64,000 nt of DNA from the NCBI GenBank assembly GCA_036172245.1, contig JAYWIR010000034.1, positions 1,612,001-1,676,000 on the forward strand, in the 5' to 3' direction. The translations under genes were made by a program, and so were the position numbers. The DNA comes from Raillietiella orientalis (taxonomy: Eukaryota). How positions within the stretch are numbered: position 1 is the first letter of the stretch; each line of letters opens with the position of its first letter. The notes under the pieces are model-generated. The model saw nothing but the letters and a program-made list of their open reading frames with translations. It ran no database searches and was not told where the DNA came from. Shown piece by piece: positions 25,317 through 38,800 of this stretch.

Positions 25317-28148
25317 CCTTAGATTAAAAGGTACGATGAAATCCTTCTCCTAGAAGCTGCTCATTTTTTAAAAACCCAAAAATCACAACGATCTACTGGG
25401 AAAAAAAAATACAGAAACACTGTATGCAAAAATTATTTCTTCCTAGAGCATTATATTTCACTTTGCGACTTTTTCGATTCCCGGACACTTGAGTTCCAGT
25501 AAGCAAGACTTAGGCAAGAGCGAACTTTATGTTTCATTCTCGTGAGCCCTCATTCAAGAAGGATGCAATTGAAAGATATAAGTCTGTGACGTTCCATGCA
25601 ACTGTTCACAGGGTTTTCATCTCAAGAAGTCCCGGATTTGAATTTTTCAGCCAAGATTAGATGGAAGTTTGGTTTTTTTTTCTGCATAAGAGAAGTGGAC
25701 TGAATAAGACTAGTTTAGTTAGAGTGAATAGACAAAGAAACAGGTGCTCTCCGTTGCCCTTTCAATGGATATAAAAAGATGTGATGAGACGGTAACTTAG
25801 ATATTTACATTTTGCCGAACATGGATGCTAGAAATTAGTTTGACATAAATAGACGGCTGCAAATTTTGCATTGTTCTTCGAAGTATGGATGTCTGATGGA
25901 AATGAAACTAATTGTATCGTATGTAGAAATTCTGGAAACTATGAACTGAAAGGAGTACAACCATCGGCGAAAATCTTAAGCTGATGGATAATTGGCTCCT
26001 ACTGTATATCTAAGCAACTACTTCATATCAATATAACATAAGTGCTTCCAGTAAAGGAAACCGATATGTATGTGAATATCTAAATAAATGTCATAAATAG
26101 ATATTCTTGGTACGAAAGTATTCATTATTTCATCCAAGCATTCGGATTGACGCAAAATATTTACTAACACTTGTTCAGGTCAAGTATGAAAAGTGTTAAG
26201 AAACTAAAAACTTGTAAAGCATAAGTCATCGGTAATGCTATTAATCATTGTGAGAATGGAAGCCTCATTTTAAGCTGTATCTAACCATGAATTCTATATG
26301 GAATTTTTAATTCAGCAAACAAAATTTTTCTGCTGGAGTACGAGCAAAGCTTCTTTTCCAAGAGAAAAAGACCCTATCTGCTCAAGTGGTTATTCATTAC
26401 ATGTTCTTGACCTCCTCGTCTTCAGAGTTTCAAGCTATCTTAATTGTAGGTATTCCATGACACGCATTAGCCATTCTTTACTTTCTTAACCTCCATTATT
26501 TCTCAGTTATGGTTTTAAATTCATGATGTCCTTTCGTTTCCCCAAATAGAGTTCAGTATTTATTAGCTTTTACCATTACAGACTTTCCATTTCTTAATTT
26601 ACATTTCCATTATTGTTTGTACAATCTGACTGTTTTGTTGAATGAAAACAATGGCCAATCATTCGAAAGGAATCATTGAGGAGGATGAGATTTTGTCGAA
26701 ACTGAAGACTTACTGATTCATTTTCAGCGATTTTCCGTCATACTATCCAATGAATAACGAAACATAAGAATATATTTAACAATATTACCTAAATCGAAAC
26801 AAGTTCGTATCTAAAAACATTTAAATTAATGATGCATAGACGCGCAAATACCTTATAAAGCATATTTGATGTTTAATAGAATCCTATGTATGACATATCG
26901 TGTAATTTTACTAGGATTTGCTCATCAGACCTACCTTAGTTTTTTTCCATTACACAAGGAATGCTTCATTATTTCCTGGCATTTACCAATTCTCTTATGA
27001 AATCATGCTTTTTAGCAAAAACAAATTCGTTACCATTGCCAATGACTGAGATGACAAAAAACAATAATCAATCTGAAATAACTGAGATGTACATAATATT
27101 CTTATGTTGATTAAAGCGAGAATGCATAGCACAGTATTTCGTTCATTCTATGGATATAGGTGCTATTGAAATCTATTAAATTTTTCATGAAATTATTCAT
27201 ATTTAAAATTCAAGTTTTATATCCAAGTGTTGATCTTTACTTGCTATAAATGAGATTAAAAAAAGGAATGTACAATTTGTAAAACTCTTATTCGGATTTT
27301 CAGCTTCGCAGTTATGAAAGAAACCTAACCTAATTAATGTTCTCTGAACATCTAGAGAAAAACACAGACAGAATTTATTGAGTACGAAACCTTTTGTGAA
27401 TAACAATGCTATATTAATCGCTGCTTATTAATGTTACATAAGGTATAGTTCTGTCAGATGTCTGTATAAAGCTGATTCTATTTACAATGTTGTAAAAGTA
27501 TTAGGTGTGAGTAAATAATTTTGTAAGGATCGGAATACTTGATAACATGCTGAACGTTTACTCTTCAGAAATATCTATTTGTACCGTCTAGATAAAATGC
27601 CGAAATAGTTCAGCTAATATCCTTTACTATTTACAACATGCCATTTTTATAAAACTACTACTTGGTTATTAGGCTAGAGAAAAATTTCGAGAAAAAGCGG
27701 CTTAGTAGCGTAAATTCATAATAGAAATAAAAAAGCTAAAATAATACTATATTTTTATTATGACGATGTTATCAATCTGTAAAAGATTATGATGAATGCA
27801 GAATTCTAATCACTGGTTTCATATTTATTCTCCGAGTGACTTTTACATTAAATGTTCTCTGAAGGAAAATGTAATCACATTAGTAGGTCTTGTTATTAAT
27901 TTAAGGGATCTTATTAATAGCAGACAAAATTGCAAAATATTTATGAATTATAAATGAACTTTACAATTATCCAATTTGTATAAATTACTATTCAGAATCA
28001 TTGCATAGTTCTGTAACTATTGTTTCAGATGATTGAATTGAATAGTCTGCTCTCCATTTGAGGCATTTGCATTTTACATTTGATTATGATGATTGTAGGT
28101 GGTGGTAGTACCACTTCGTTTAATATGACGAATTGGTAACCCTGATAA

Positions 28149-28200
28149 GGCGCAATTTTAAATTTGAATTGAATTTTTGTTTCGTTGTGATACTCAGTTG
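28149..28200 (+). promoter_or_regulatory. Candidate CHR/MYB-type G2/M promoter motifs of DLGAP5
   Basis: GGCGC at 28149-28153, TTTAAA at 28157-28162, TTTGAA at 28163-28168 and CAGTTG (YAACKG on the minus strand) at 28195-28200, about 0.4 kb upstream of the ATG. Short AT-rich motifs only. Confidence 0.2.
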
Positions 28201-28567
28201 TTTGAGATAGTTGTTTTTATTAAGCGTTTCTGATTGTATGTACTCTGTGGCATATCTAAAAGAAGGTAAATATTGATGTAGTTGGGAAGAGAATATCTGC
28301 CTACATAATACAATTTGAATCTTTGGTTTTTGTTGACGAAATTACTTTTAATGGTTCTGTTGGTTCGACGAATTCGAGAAATGCATCTGCTGCCATTCAG
28401 TGTTGTGTATTCAGTGTTGATTCGAAATTCTGTACTACGATTACCTAATGTTCGGATATGATTGCCACTATTTTCTGCAAATTTCGAAACTGGAGATTTT
28501 TTTTTTCAGAACAAACTCTGAAGCTATTTAATAAAAATGCATTGTTTGTATTTTTAGTTTTCAAGTG

Positions 28568-30634
28568 ATGGAACACACATTCAGGAAACTTCATAAAAAC
28601 AAAGGTGACTTTATGGATAGGTCTGCCGCACGAAAAAAAACTGTTGCTAGTCTGCAACAACAGAGGAAAAAAGGTAGAGAGGCTCTTATAATGCAAAACA
28701 GGAATATTGACTTCTGCGAGAAGGGTATGTAATTTTTTCATAGGAAACATTTTTAATTACTCTATACACATAGATACAATTGATAATCCGGACAATAAAG
28801 AGAATTTGAGAGTAACTAACAGAGGTATGTATTGAACATCCAAAACTGCATAAATCTTCCTTTGACAATTTATGGTTAGCACGGAAATGCATGGAGATTA
28901 AGTCAAAACTTGCTGCCTGGAAAGAAGAGAGGAATAAAAAGAAACTAGAAGAACAAAAGAAGAAAAAGCCTGCTTTCCGAGCTGGTAAAGTGAATGCTGA
29001 TGAAATCTATGGAGTTGGAGGAATGAAATTTGCAAATGCTTTGAATGTTAAGAACAATAACATCCATTCAAAGAACTCTCCTAAGCATGCCAAAAAACAG
29101 TAAGTATGTTTTTGTATTTTTTTAAAAATTGCAATCAGAAATTTGTATGCAACCTCTTTTACTTTTAATTTTGTTCTGTAATGCAGGGACCAACAGCATC
29201 ACTTACAGGCAGAAATTTCTAAACCTCAAGAGATCGCATCTTTCAAGAGCAATCGTATTCTTGGTAAGGTGCTCTCTCTCGATGATTTACCAATATGATT
29301 TAAGGGAATTATGTGAAAAACAAATCCAGTAATTCAGGACTGATTCTCAATCAACGTGGTATCACAGCAAAATCTAAGGAACTCACAGCAGTGCATCCAA
29401 GTACACCACATCCTGTAAAAACAAAGGACTCCTCACTAAGTGATAGTTTAGTTAAGCAAAAACAAGATGCTGCTAACTTTCGGTGAAGATGCTAGCTTTT
29501 GGTGAGAGTAATAATTTGTTGCTTACATTTCAGAAAGCTCGTAACAGAGCAGCAAGAAAGACTACTAGCTTTGTGTGCACATTGGAATGCTCTGATTAAG
29601 GATCCTAATGTACCTGAAGATGCTTATGGTGAAATTGCTGCTGCTGTAGGTCAAGCCCATCTTCTCCTGAGCCAACGATTCAACCAATTCAGTCAACTTA
29701 TTTCGGACTGTGAATTTAAAAAGGGTGTTAAACGCATCCTCATTCAGGATCTTCAGGGTTATTGGGATATGATGCATGTCCAGGTGTCTTGATGATCATA
29801 ATTATCTTGTGTACAATGGTTTGTAGATTCTGGATGTTAATCGTCGATTTTTGAAGCTGGATGAAATGCGTTCAAATCAATGGATGAAATTTACTCCAAA
29901 ATTCAAAGAAAAAACTAATACTCAAAAAAGGACGAACACTGTACATGTTGTACAAAGAGCTGCCAGAAACTCAGCATTGCGCAAGCATATTCTCAGTAAG
30001 AATGTCTTGGGAAAAGCTTTCCACGTAGATTGTTTCAGGAGCCCGTCAACAATTTAAACAGTCAAAAGATACGCAACCTGCAGAAAAACTTGACTGTAAA
30101 AGTCACTTTGAAATATCCCCAGAAAGCCCCAAACGGGGAAGAACTCTAGAAAACTTACATGTGACATTTAGAGACGACCATCTTGAAACAGAAATTGATT
30201 CTCCAGATGACACTTTCCCAACTTTTTCTTCCGCAAATGCATCTTCTGTAATCCATACATATGGAAAATCAGATACCCCTGGGTTATCAGATCACACTAT
30301 GGATGAACAGTTTGATGCTATGTTGGATAACTGTTCATGCAAAACTCCCTTGCGTCGATCTCTCAGAATAGCTAACAGGCCTGGAACACCCTATCACAAA
30401 ATGGGAGGTTCTTCAACTCGGAAGTCTCGCAAGCATAAAAAATTGCTAAGCACTCCAGCAAAAGAGAATCCTGATATTAACAACAGCATGGAAAATGCTG
30501 CTGTGATTGAAAATTCGAATGAAAAGGTGCACTGTAAACCAAGCTTGTTACCAGGTATGACATTAATGGTTCCCCCACAGGAGCATAGGAATGCCACTGA
30601 GGACATTCCTCTTGGTCAGTTGATAGCTCTTTAA
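28568..30634 (+). CDS. DLGAP5: DLGAP5 / HURP / Mars-like spindle microtubule-associated protein (GKAP domain), 8 exons, about 565 aa
   Basis: Exons 28568-28724, 28774-28824, 28880-29099, 29187-29263, 29305-29482, 29534-29783, 29827-29995, 30039-30634 (1698 nt, frame-consistent). HURP-type basic motif KLAAWKEERNKKKLEEQKKKKPAFRAG; GKAP domain GEIAAAVGQAHLLLSQRFNQF...DLQGYWDMM..Q..DV...F.KL..MRSNQW; TP-rich tail with TPLRRSLR. Confidence 0.9.
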
Positions 30635-33600
30635 TTTGTTTACAAATTCAGAGCATAATAAATTTTATTTAATGCTTCAGACATGAATGGAAATTAGTTT
30701 CTGAATTATAAAGCAAAACAGTTATTGCTAGTCAAAAGATCCTTTGTTCATAAAGAGCAACACATTTAAATAATTTTGTGAACCTTAATAAAACTAATAT
30801 CATTGTTACCAGGTTTTTATTATGAAACTAATTTTCAAAATTGCATGCATAGTTTCAAAGTTGAATTTGTATCTAATCCAGATTTTACTTATGCTGTAGT
30901 TCTCCATTCTTGTCTCACATTTGTTAAATTTATCTTTATCAAACTTGAGAAACGCAATTGCTTATGACAATTATCAATGATGTAAATAACCTATGATGAC
31001 TGAATTTTAAATGGTACAAACCTCTGATTGAATGTTGAGTAGAGAATTCATGATAGTTATCACTTCATTACATCTTTTTTGTTTATAAATACACATAGAT
31101 ATAACTTATAGTTGATTTGATAAGTCATATTTTAATGAATTGCTTTATGGAAACTTTTTCAAAATTTGAGACAAGAAAAAAAAAAAACTCTTTCCAATAC
31201 AACTTCGTACTCATGCAGAAAGCCATTTTGAGTGATGATCTTAGAATTTTGAAAACATGAAAATGATTCTTTCCTTGTTCGTTTTAACATTTCATTGCCC
31301 CATTTCTTGGTATTGGCTTTGGAAGGAGTGTATTTTCTACAAGAATACAATAAAAACAAGTACCAGTTTGAAAGCAGATCTTCAATGTGGTTCTGCATTC
31401 TTTAAAATGCATAAGTGATAGTTTTGAACATACCATAATAAAAGCAGTACTAGAATTGCAGTTGCTATCCTCATCATCTTGAAATTCTTAAGGGAAAACA
31501 ATACTAGGAATGAAAGATTATTCAATGCTCTTATGCATCCTCTTGAACACCAAATTACCACTATTGTGAATACTAATAACAGTAGTTTGTAGAATAAATA
31601 CATACAACTGAGAATTTAAATAGAAATGGGCTTAATAATTTTTTAAAATTGCGAAGAATGAGCAGAAAACATAAAGGCTTTGCAGTTGAAGTTTTTAAAT
31701 AAACTGTTAGGAACATCATTCTTGAAATACACAATTAATTGGGACACAAAAGGTATGCACTCAGTATAGGAAATTGAAAACTACAACAGTAACAAAAGGC
31801 AATGGATCACATGTTCAAGACCAGTGCCACAAAAACTTTGGGTAGCAAAGATGGGATGGCTGAAAAACGGGCACACAATGACAAGTGTACCTTACATGCA
31901 ACAGTTTAGTTGGTTACAAAGGTGCCTGTGACAGCAAGATGGATATCATGAAGAAAAAGTCTGAGAAGAAATGTGAATACATTTGACTGCAGATTTCAAA
32001 ATCAGACAAAAAATCATTTTGGGAATGAAAACATGAGTATTAGGGAAAAATCAAGGAAATCGCAGAAGGTATCTCTGGGAAGGATTCTTGACTGTTGTTA
32101 GAAAAGCAGATGATGTTTGCTGTGAATACAAGAATTCCAAAGATCCAAGAATTTCTTATAAGTGTAGCAGATTAGCAAAGCTGCAGTTAAATTTTTGCTT
32201 TCCTGTATTTTCGGACAGCAGTGCAAATGAATCTTTGCTTATGAGCAGGATAAATAAATGCACATTCTTATGTAACCAGTAAAAAGCCGTTTTATCTTTT
32301 GGGAAAAATTACACTCAAGGACTAAAAAAATTAGTAGAAATTCAATCTGAAATGATTCCTGAAGACTACGAAACCGTTTTTATATGTCAAGATTAGCACG
32401 TGATTGTTTTGCTTGGAAGTGGTCACAACCACGGTAAAGAAACGAGAGAACATACATTATTACTACACCAATGCACGCATACGCTCCATTCATGAATGCA
32501 TCATAATACCGAATGCACAAAACATTGCAAATCCTTCAACGGGAATTACGGACAAATATGTAAAATAAAACAAGTCAACTTTTGCAGATGTTTTCTTCCA
32601 GTTGGGTACATTGAAAAATAATGCGGCAGAGCCTAGCTTGCGGCAGTGTATGTACAAATTAATCGTTTGACAAAGACAACTATTTAGTAAGTTGGGTGGA
32701 CAGCAGTGATTTGACTCCCGAATGGCTTTTTGAACAGTCAATGACTTTTGCAAAGAAAATTGCAACCTCAGGAGAACCGTGTGGCATTCCGACTGTTTTC
32801 ACAGTGTGTCCACGGTGGAAACGCGAACGAAAAAGAAAACGAGACTTTAAGGTTTGACTTAAAAACCGTCTTCTGCATCCACCTACTCGATGCATATTAA
32901 AATTTCACCCTCGAAACAAGTCAAGCAGGGTGAAAAGTTTTGGTTTGTGATGCGGATCCAATTGTGCGACTTCGTGTTGTTTCATTTTTTTTTAGAGATA
33001 AGTGATCTTTAGCATCAAAAACATGGGAAAAAAAAAAAAAAAGGTCTGCGAAAACATGACAAAAGTCGACGTTTCCTTCTTTCGAAGTTCGAAACTCCTA
33101 CAAGCGCATGCACAACAGCTCGATGGATAATTCCTTTTATTATTCCTATCTTATCTTTTCTCTCTCTCTCTCTCCCCCCCCCCCCCTCCAAAGAAGAAAA
33201 AAAAAACGATTTCACAATGAAACACAGTGTGACCCTTTCCCACGTACACGAATATATGAATATAATGTTTTTTGAACATCAGCGTATAATATGGTGCGGT
33301 TTATGTTGCTGAGGTCAACAGTAAGTCTCAAGTTAACGACTTCAAGGGACAAAAGAGAATTTACATATCATACAAGCATGCAAGTAGATTCATTCAGAGA
33401 GTCGACAGTTTTGCTGTTGTTGAAGACTCGAGGAAGATCTCAAGGTATGAATTCTTACAGAAAACTCCCATTTCTAACCGAAAAGGATTCAATAGCCTTC
33501 AGAATATCAGATTATTCTTTACACATTCTCACATATTGGGAACATGCCAGATGACAGATAACAAACAGGAACAAAGCATCCAGGAAGAATAAAACACAAC

Positions 33601-35815
33601 GCAGCATTGGCTCTTTATTAGCTGCCCAGTCACTGCCCGGTCTCCCGTGCCGGGAATCAGGATGCAGCTTATTTTACGCTCTGGATGAAGCTTTTCTAAT
33701 TCTAAGGCCTCGGAGGTGCCAATGCCTACTTTTGCCCTCAAATACATTCTACTGTTCTGTGACGGTATCTGAGAGCAGTTATTGAAATTTGATGCACTGC
33801 AATTTACTCTTTGAAGGCACGAACACTGCGAGCCCAACGAAAACGATTTCTCCACTCGTCCCACTGTTTGGATTCCCTATTTCGAGGTGGGTTGGTCAGC
33901 GTCACTTCAGCGAGCGTTCCGTTCGTGAACGGACGGTTGCTTGGGCGGAAGCAGAAAACTGGCGTGTGATTTTCGATCTTGCCAATCATAAAATCAGAAA
34001 GTACCGTGCGATAGCAAGCTGAGAGAATAACGCCAGGAAATGAAGGAACAACGCAAAGACAATGCGCCAAACTCGAAAATCAGTGTCCCGCAGCTTCGTG
34101 GAACAATACGAAAGCTGTACGGATTGTATGGAGGGAGCCAATACGCGGCACCAGAAAGCCGTAGAAAGGAAAGCCAGGGAAGCGCATCGATGGAGGGGCT
34201 CAAACCAGCTTAGACATTCCAAAGCTCGTACAGACCCTACTTTTCGTCTAAGAGCAAAAAAGCAGCCAAGTAACACATTAGGGTCGACCACTGAAGGAAC
34301 TGCACATTCCCAGACAACTGCAAATGTCTTAGGTTTTCGTAACCCAACAAGTCAAGGTGGATCATCTGCGCAAACTTAGTTGCGACCTGATGGAACTTAA
34401 ATTAGGTATAAGATGATAACAACCAAAGGTGAACACCATCTAGCTGTGTTTAAATGAGAGGTTTGTTTAAGAGTTGAAAACACTTACTGTAGTAAACACC
34501 ATAAGGTTGTGGTGGAAAACTTCTTGCAATCCAACACCAGTGACTGAATTCTACCAAGCCAATAACCACCTGCAAGGCCAAAAAGGAAACGCAGACGACA
34601 CATTTTTTTTTTTTTGCAAAGTAATGCCACCGTAAACTCGAAAAGGGAGAAACACATTCTCCTCAAGAATACGAGAAATTTTAGATTTAATTGAACTGAA
34701 AACGTCAAGTGTTCTTTTGATTAAGTGTCCAAAATGACTATGCTTACAAGAAAACTCGCCAAAGGGGAATCTGATGTCGGACAAACGGCTAGATTCACAC
34801 TGTTCAACTGCTGCATAAAACAGGGCATCTGGTGCTTCTCTGAAAAAAGGAGGAATGCTGACCTCTGATGCTCTGAGGACCCCTTATTACAGAAGTTCTG
34901 GAAAAGTGAAATCGCTTTTTGATCTGCGGTAACACTCATCGAGCCATGACAAACTTTAATAAAGTAATCATGGCAGCAGCATGGGTCCGGAAACGCAACC
35001 ACAAGTTCTTCAGCTGGCAGTCACTTGCGGATGCTTTGCTCGGAGTGGCTTCTGGCTTCAACCTGCTGCAGGAAAAACCTATGGGTCAGTTCCCTTCTCT
35101 CAGAAAATCTGAATTGTGAGTGAAGCACATGCCCACGGGGCGTGGTGAGACTGGAGTGTTGCATCTCAACTGAAACGCATGGAGCTGAAGGCGACTTTGA
35201 GAAGCTGCTGAAATTGGCATTCAGGAAGACAAACGAATCACAGACAAGGTGATGGCGTCGCAGATTTTGCTTGCAGATGTGATGAAACACAAATTCGAAT
35301 TCGTTCGGTCCTCTTGCCTTGCCATACCTCTGTGTAGCCGGAATGGAGCTACCTGCAAGGAATTGTCGTTCCACCTAAGTTTACCTTGGGTAGTGCAATT
35401 GGGTATCCAACCATCCTGCTCTTTTGCTGCAACAGGGAAAAGCTGAAACTGATGGAGGACTCACATAAAACACATCCTAACACACACTTTCCACCCAAAC
35501 TCACACAACTTTCAGCAAGTGCCACAAAAAATGATAACGAATCAAATCAAAATTTTACTTTGTCATATAGAAATATATATATGTATATATATATATATGT
35601 ATGTATGTATGTATGTAATTATGCATGTATCACAATATTCTATAACTCTCTCAAATCACATTAATGAGACTCTAAAAAGGAAACTGTGATTTCACACAAA
35701 ATCATCACAGTCAAATTGTCGCGGTGCACCGTCGAAGTATGCACACGGCCGCAGAATGGAGAAAATGAATTCTTCTTTTCAAGTACCGGAGGCAACTCCC
35801 AAACTTGGACTGCGC

Positions 35816-38800
35816 TCATTTCCACCAAGCATTGCGAAACCACTGCTTGCATTGTGTTTTCGATGTCAGTATGGGGTTTTTGCTGAGGACTGCTTGTTTC
35901 TTCATGTAATTATCTGGTTGATAGACAGATGCTTGCATTTGACTAGAGGAACTCAACCTCTGGTTAACGGCTGATTGGTCCATTTGAAGGGATGCCATGG
36001 AAGGAAGCAAGGAAGATTTACCGTATTCGTTTTGATTATTTTGGGATAAGCATTCAATAACGGCAACATTCGGATCGCAGACTGGCGGAGTTCGCTTTCC
36101 ATGGAAAACGCCTTCTTTATTTTCGGATTGATAAACACTGTGTGGCAGACTGTTCCGAGCAACATCCATTGAGAGAGCATCTTCCTGACGCATTTTTCGC
36201 AAAGTACTTTCTAATATACGTGTACGCGCCATGGTCCCTTCTAGCTCGATGTTTTTCATTTGAAGCTAGTACAGTTTCTATCGTGACATGAGATTTGAGA
36301 GCGAACGTACCTGTATACGCAGATCTTCAATTTGCTCTCGAAAGTCATCTACCTGGGAGTTCCATTCCTTTTTAATGGTTTCCAACTGGGAATTTTTGGT
36401 GTCCAGATTGATGCGGAGTCTCTGCATTTCACTGTTAAGCACCTAGAAAAGGGACCTGGCATTGTATTTATTGGTACACTAACAAAGCATTCGACATAAA
36501 ATCTCCGTAAGAACAAGTACACTAGTAAAGGGACAAAATCTCCATCGAAACAAAAATCCACAGCTTTGATACACTTTGTTTGGCTGAAATATACGTGTGT
36601 GTATATACACATACATATGTTATATTTATCTCCTTCATCTTATATATATATATATATATATATAAGATAAACGAAAAGGTGAAATACTTCTTATTTTAAT
36701 CTTCCTATTTTATAACTGCTTATTTTAATTTTCAAACCTATTACCGATTATTAAGCTGACAAAGACACATTCATTCGAAAAGAGAGAGTTGTGCGGCGGC
36801 GGCAAAAATCAAGAACTTTGCAATGCCCACACAATAAGATGCCCTTTTATTAAAAGACGTGCATGCAGCAGCAATTTTCTCATATAAAGATCATGAAACT
36901 TATGGGCTTCCGCCATGGCTGGAAGCTTTGAAGATACGTTCCCATTTCTTTCAGGTGAAGAGACATGAATGATGATTATTTGTATTTTCCATCCACTCAC
37001 GAGGAATTCCAATTCTTTCGAAAGTCATCGGAAGGAAGGCACAGTGCACACAAGTACAACAAAGCAAGTACGACAAACTCCAGTTACAACGAGTTCGTAT
37101 CTTACTTTTCCGAAGAGCTGCACGAAAGAGAAATGATCCCTCCATAACATTTCCACACGGTTTGGGAAGCTGGGATGCTGTCACTCGAAAGGAAGGACGA
37201 ACGGTGGCGTTTATCAATCAGTAAAATAAATAAAGCAAATTACGAATTCATCAACGCTCTATTATAAATGAGACAACTGCAAGTGGTCTTCATGAGAAGG
37301 CACGGCATTCTTGGAACTTGAGCAACACTGTTCACTTATGAAGGGAGATTACTGGGAGAGAAGTGCTCCTCGTACAAGAAGAGGCAATCCAAAACGCCCA
37401 AACAACGGCAACCTTGCGCGTCAACACCACATGGCGGTCATCAAGCGCATGACAAGGTTTGCGGGTAGGCTCTTTACGGGCTTGGAGACCAACCAAATCC
37501 TACGCACTCTCCTGTTTGTTTTCAGCCGGAACAACCGTCTTTACTGCGACGCATTTCGATGGCGACCAACGGACCAAACCGAAATTCGGGCACACTGTCA
37601 AGAGACCTTCGAGAAACCTAGAAAGCGATTCCTCCCTCGGTAAATCAATGCAATACTTTGCCCATCATGGTACTAAACGAGCTGTTGTTTACTTATGTTT
37701 CTTTCTTTCTTCTTCCAACATGAACTAGTTTTTCCACGAGCCTTAGTTGATAAAAAACGCGCCTGCAAAAAAGTTTTCGAGAATCTAAATGCTGAAATCT
37801 GCCTACACGACGAAGGACAGATTTCAGGACGCGAAAAGAGTACCTGCGAAAGCAACTGTAACGGGGCTCTGACAAAACAAAGAGTGTACTAGAGTGCATT
37901 TCCTGACAAAACCTTCGGGACACCTGAGCTGCCCATTTCCTATTGCTTCTACGAAGCACGTTTCTAAATTGCTTCTAAAACCGCTTTCTTTGTCAACCTG
38001 CTGCACAGATCACCGAGTGGATCCAATCCTTATGGTGGGAACGGGATAGCAAAACCAGGAACGCAAAGATGGCTGTTTTCAAGGAAGACTGATATGAAGA
38101 ACTGAAGAACGCTGATTCCTGCGTCCGTTCCTTGTTTTCCCCACAGACGAGCACCAAACGTGTGGCTTTCGAACAGCCACAGCCCACCACTGGCCACAAA
38201 TACATTCGTCAGGACGATGAGCAAACGCAGGACGAACGGTCTCACGCGAACAAGGAACACATCTGGATCGACTAGAACACGTGACCTTTCTACACGGCCC
38301 CCGACTGCGAGACGCCCAAACTGAGGAGTACTGTTTATTCGACGGCTTTCGCAAGTGTACAATAACCACAACTGTGCAAAAAAATCATCTCATCAACAAA
38401 CGAGTGGCAGGAACACATCACGAACATCACGTGGAGATCTTCAGAAATGTTCCCAAATTACAAAAGTCAATCGATGGGTTCCGTTTCTACTTTCCCTATT
38501 TCTATCGTAGCAAACAGCGAGTGTGGGATGTTTGCTACGATAAATATGTAAGTCACTTTGAAAACAAACATTTTTTTAAAAAATTCCATGGCCATCCTTG
38601 GCGTAATGGAAAGTGGACTTTCGCTACTTCACAATCAAAAATAATGATATGGTACTCTAATTACCGAGAAATCAGTAAATGCAATCTGTAATTTGAAAGC
38701 ATTTATCTTTAAATTACATCATTCAACGTCAGATTTCCAAAGGACATATGAAACCTTCAGAAAGATGCTTTTTTTCTTCGCTTTTTTCTTTTTTTAAAAA

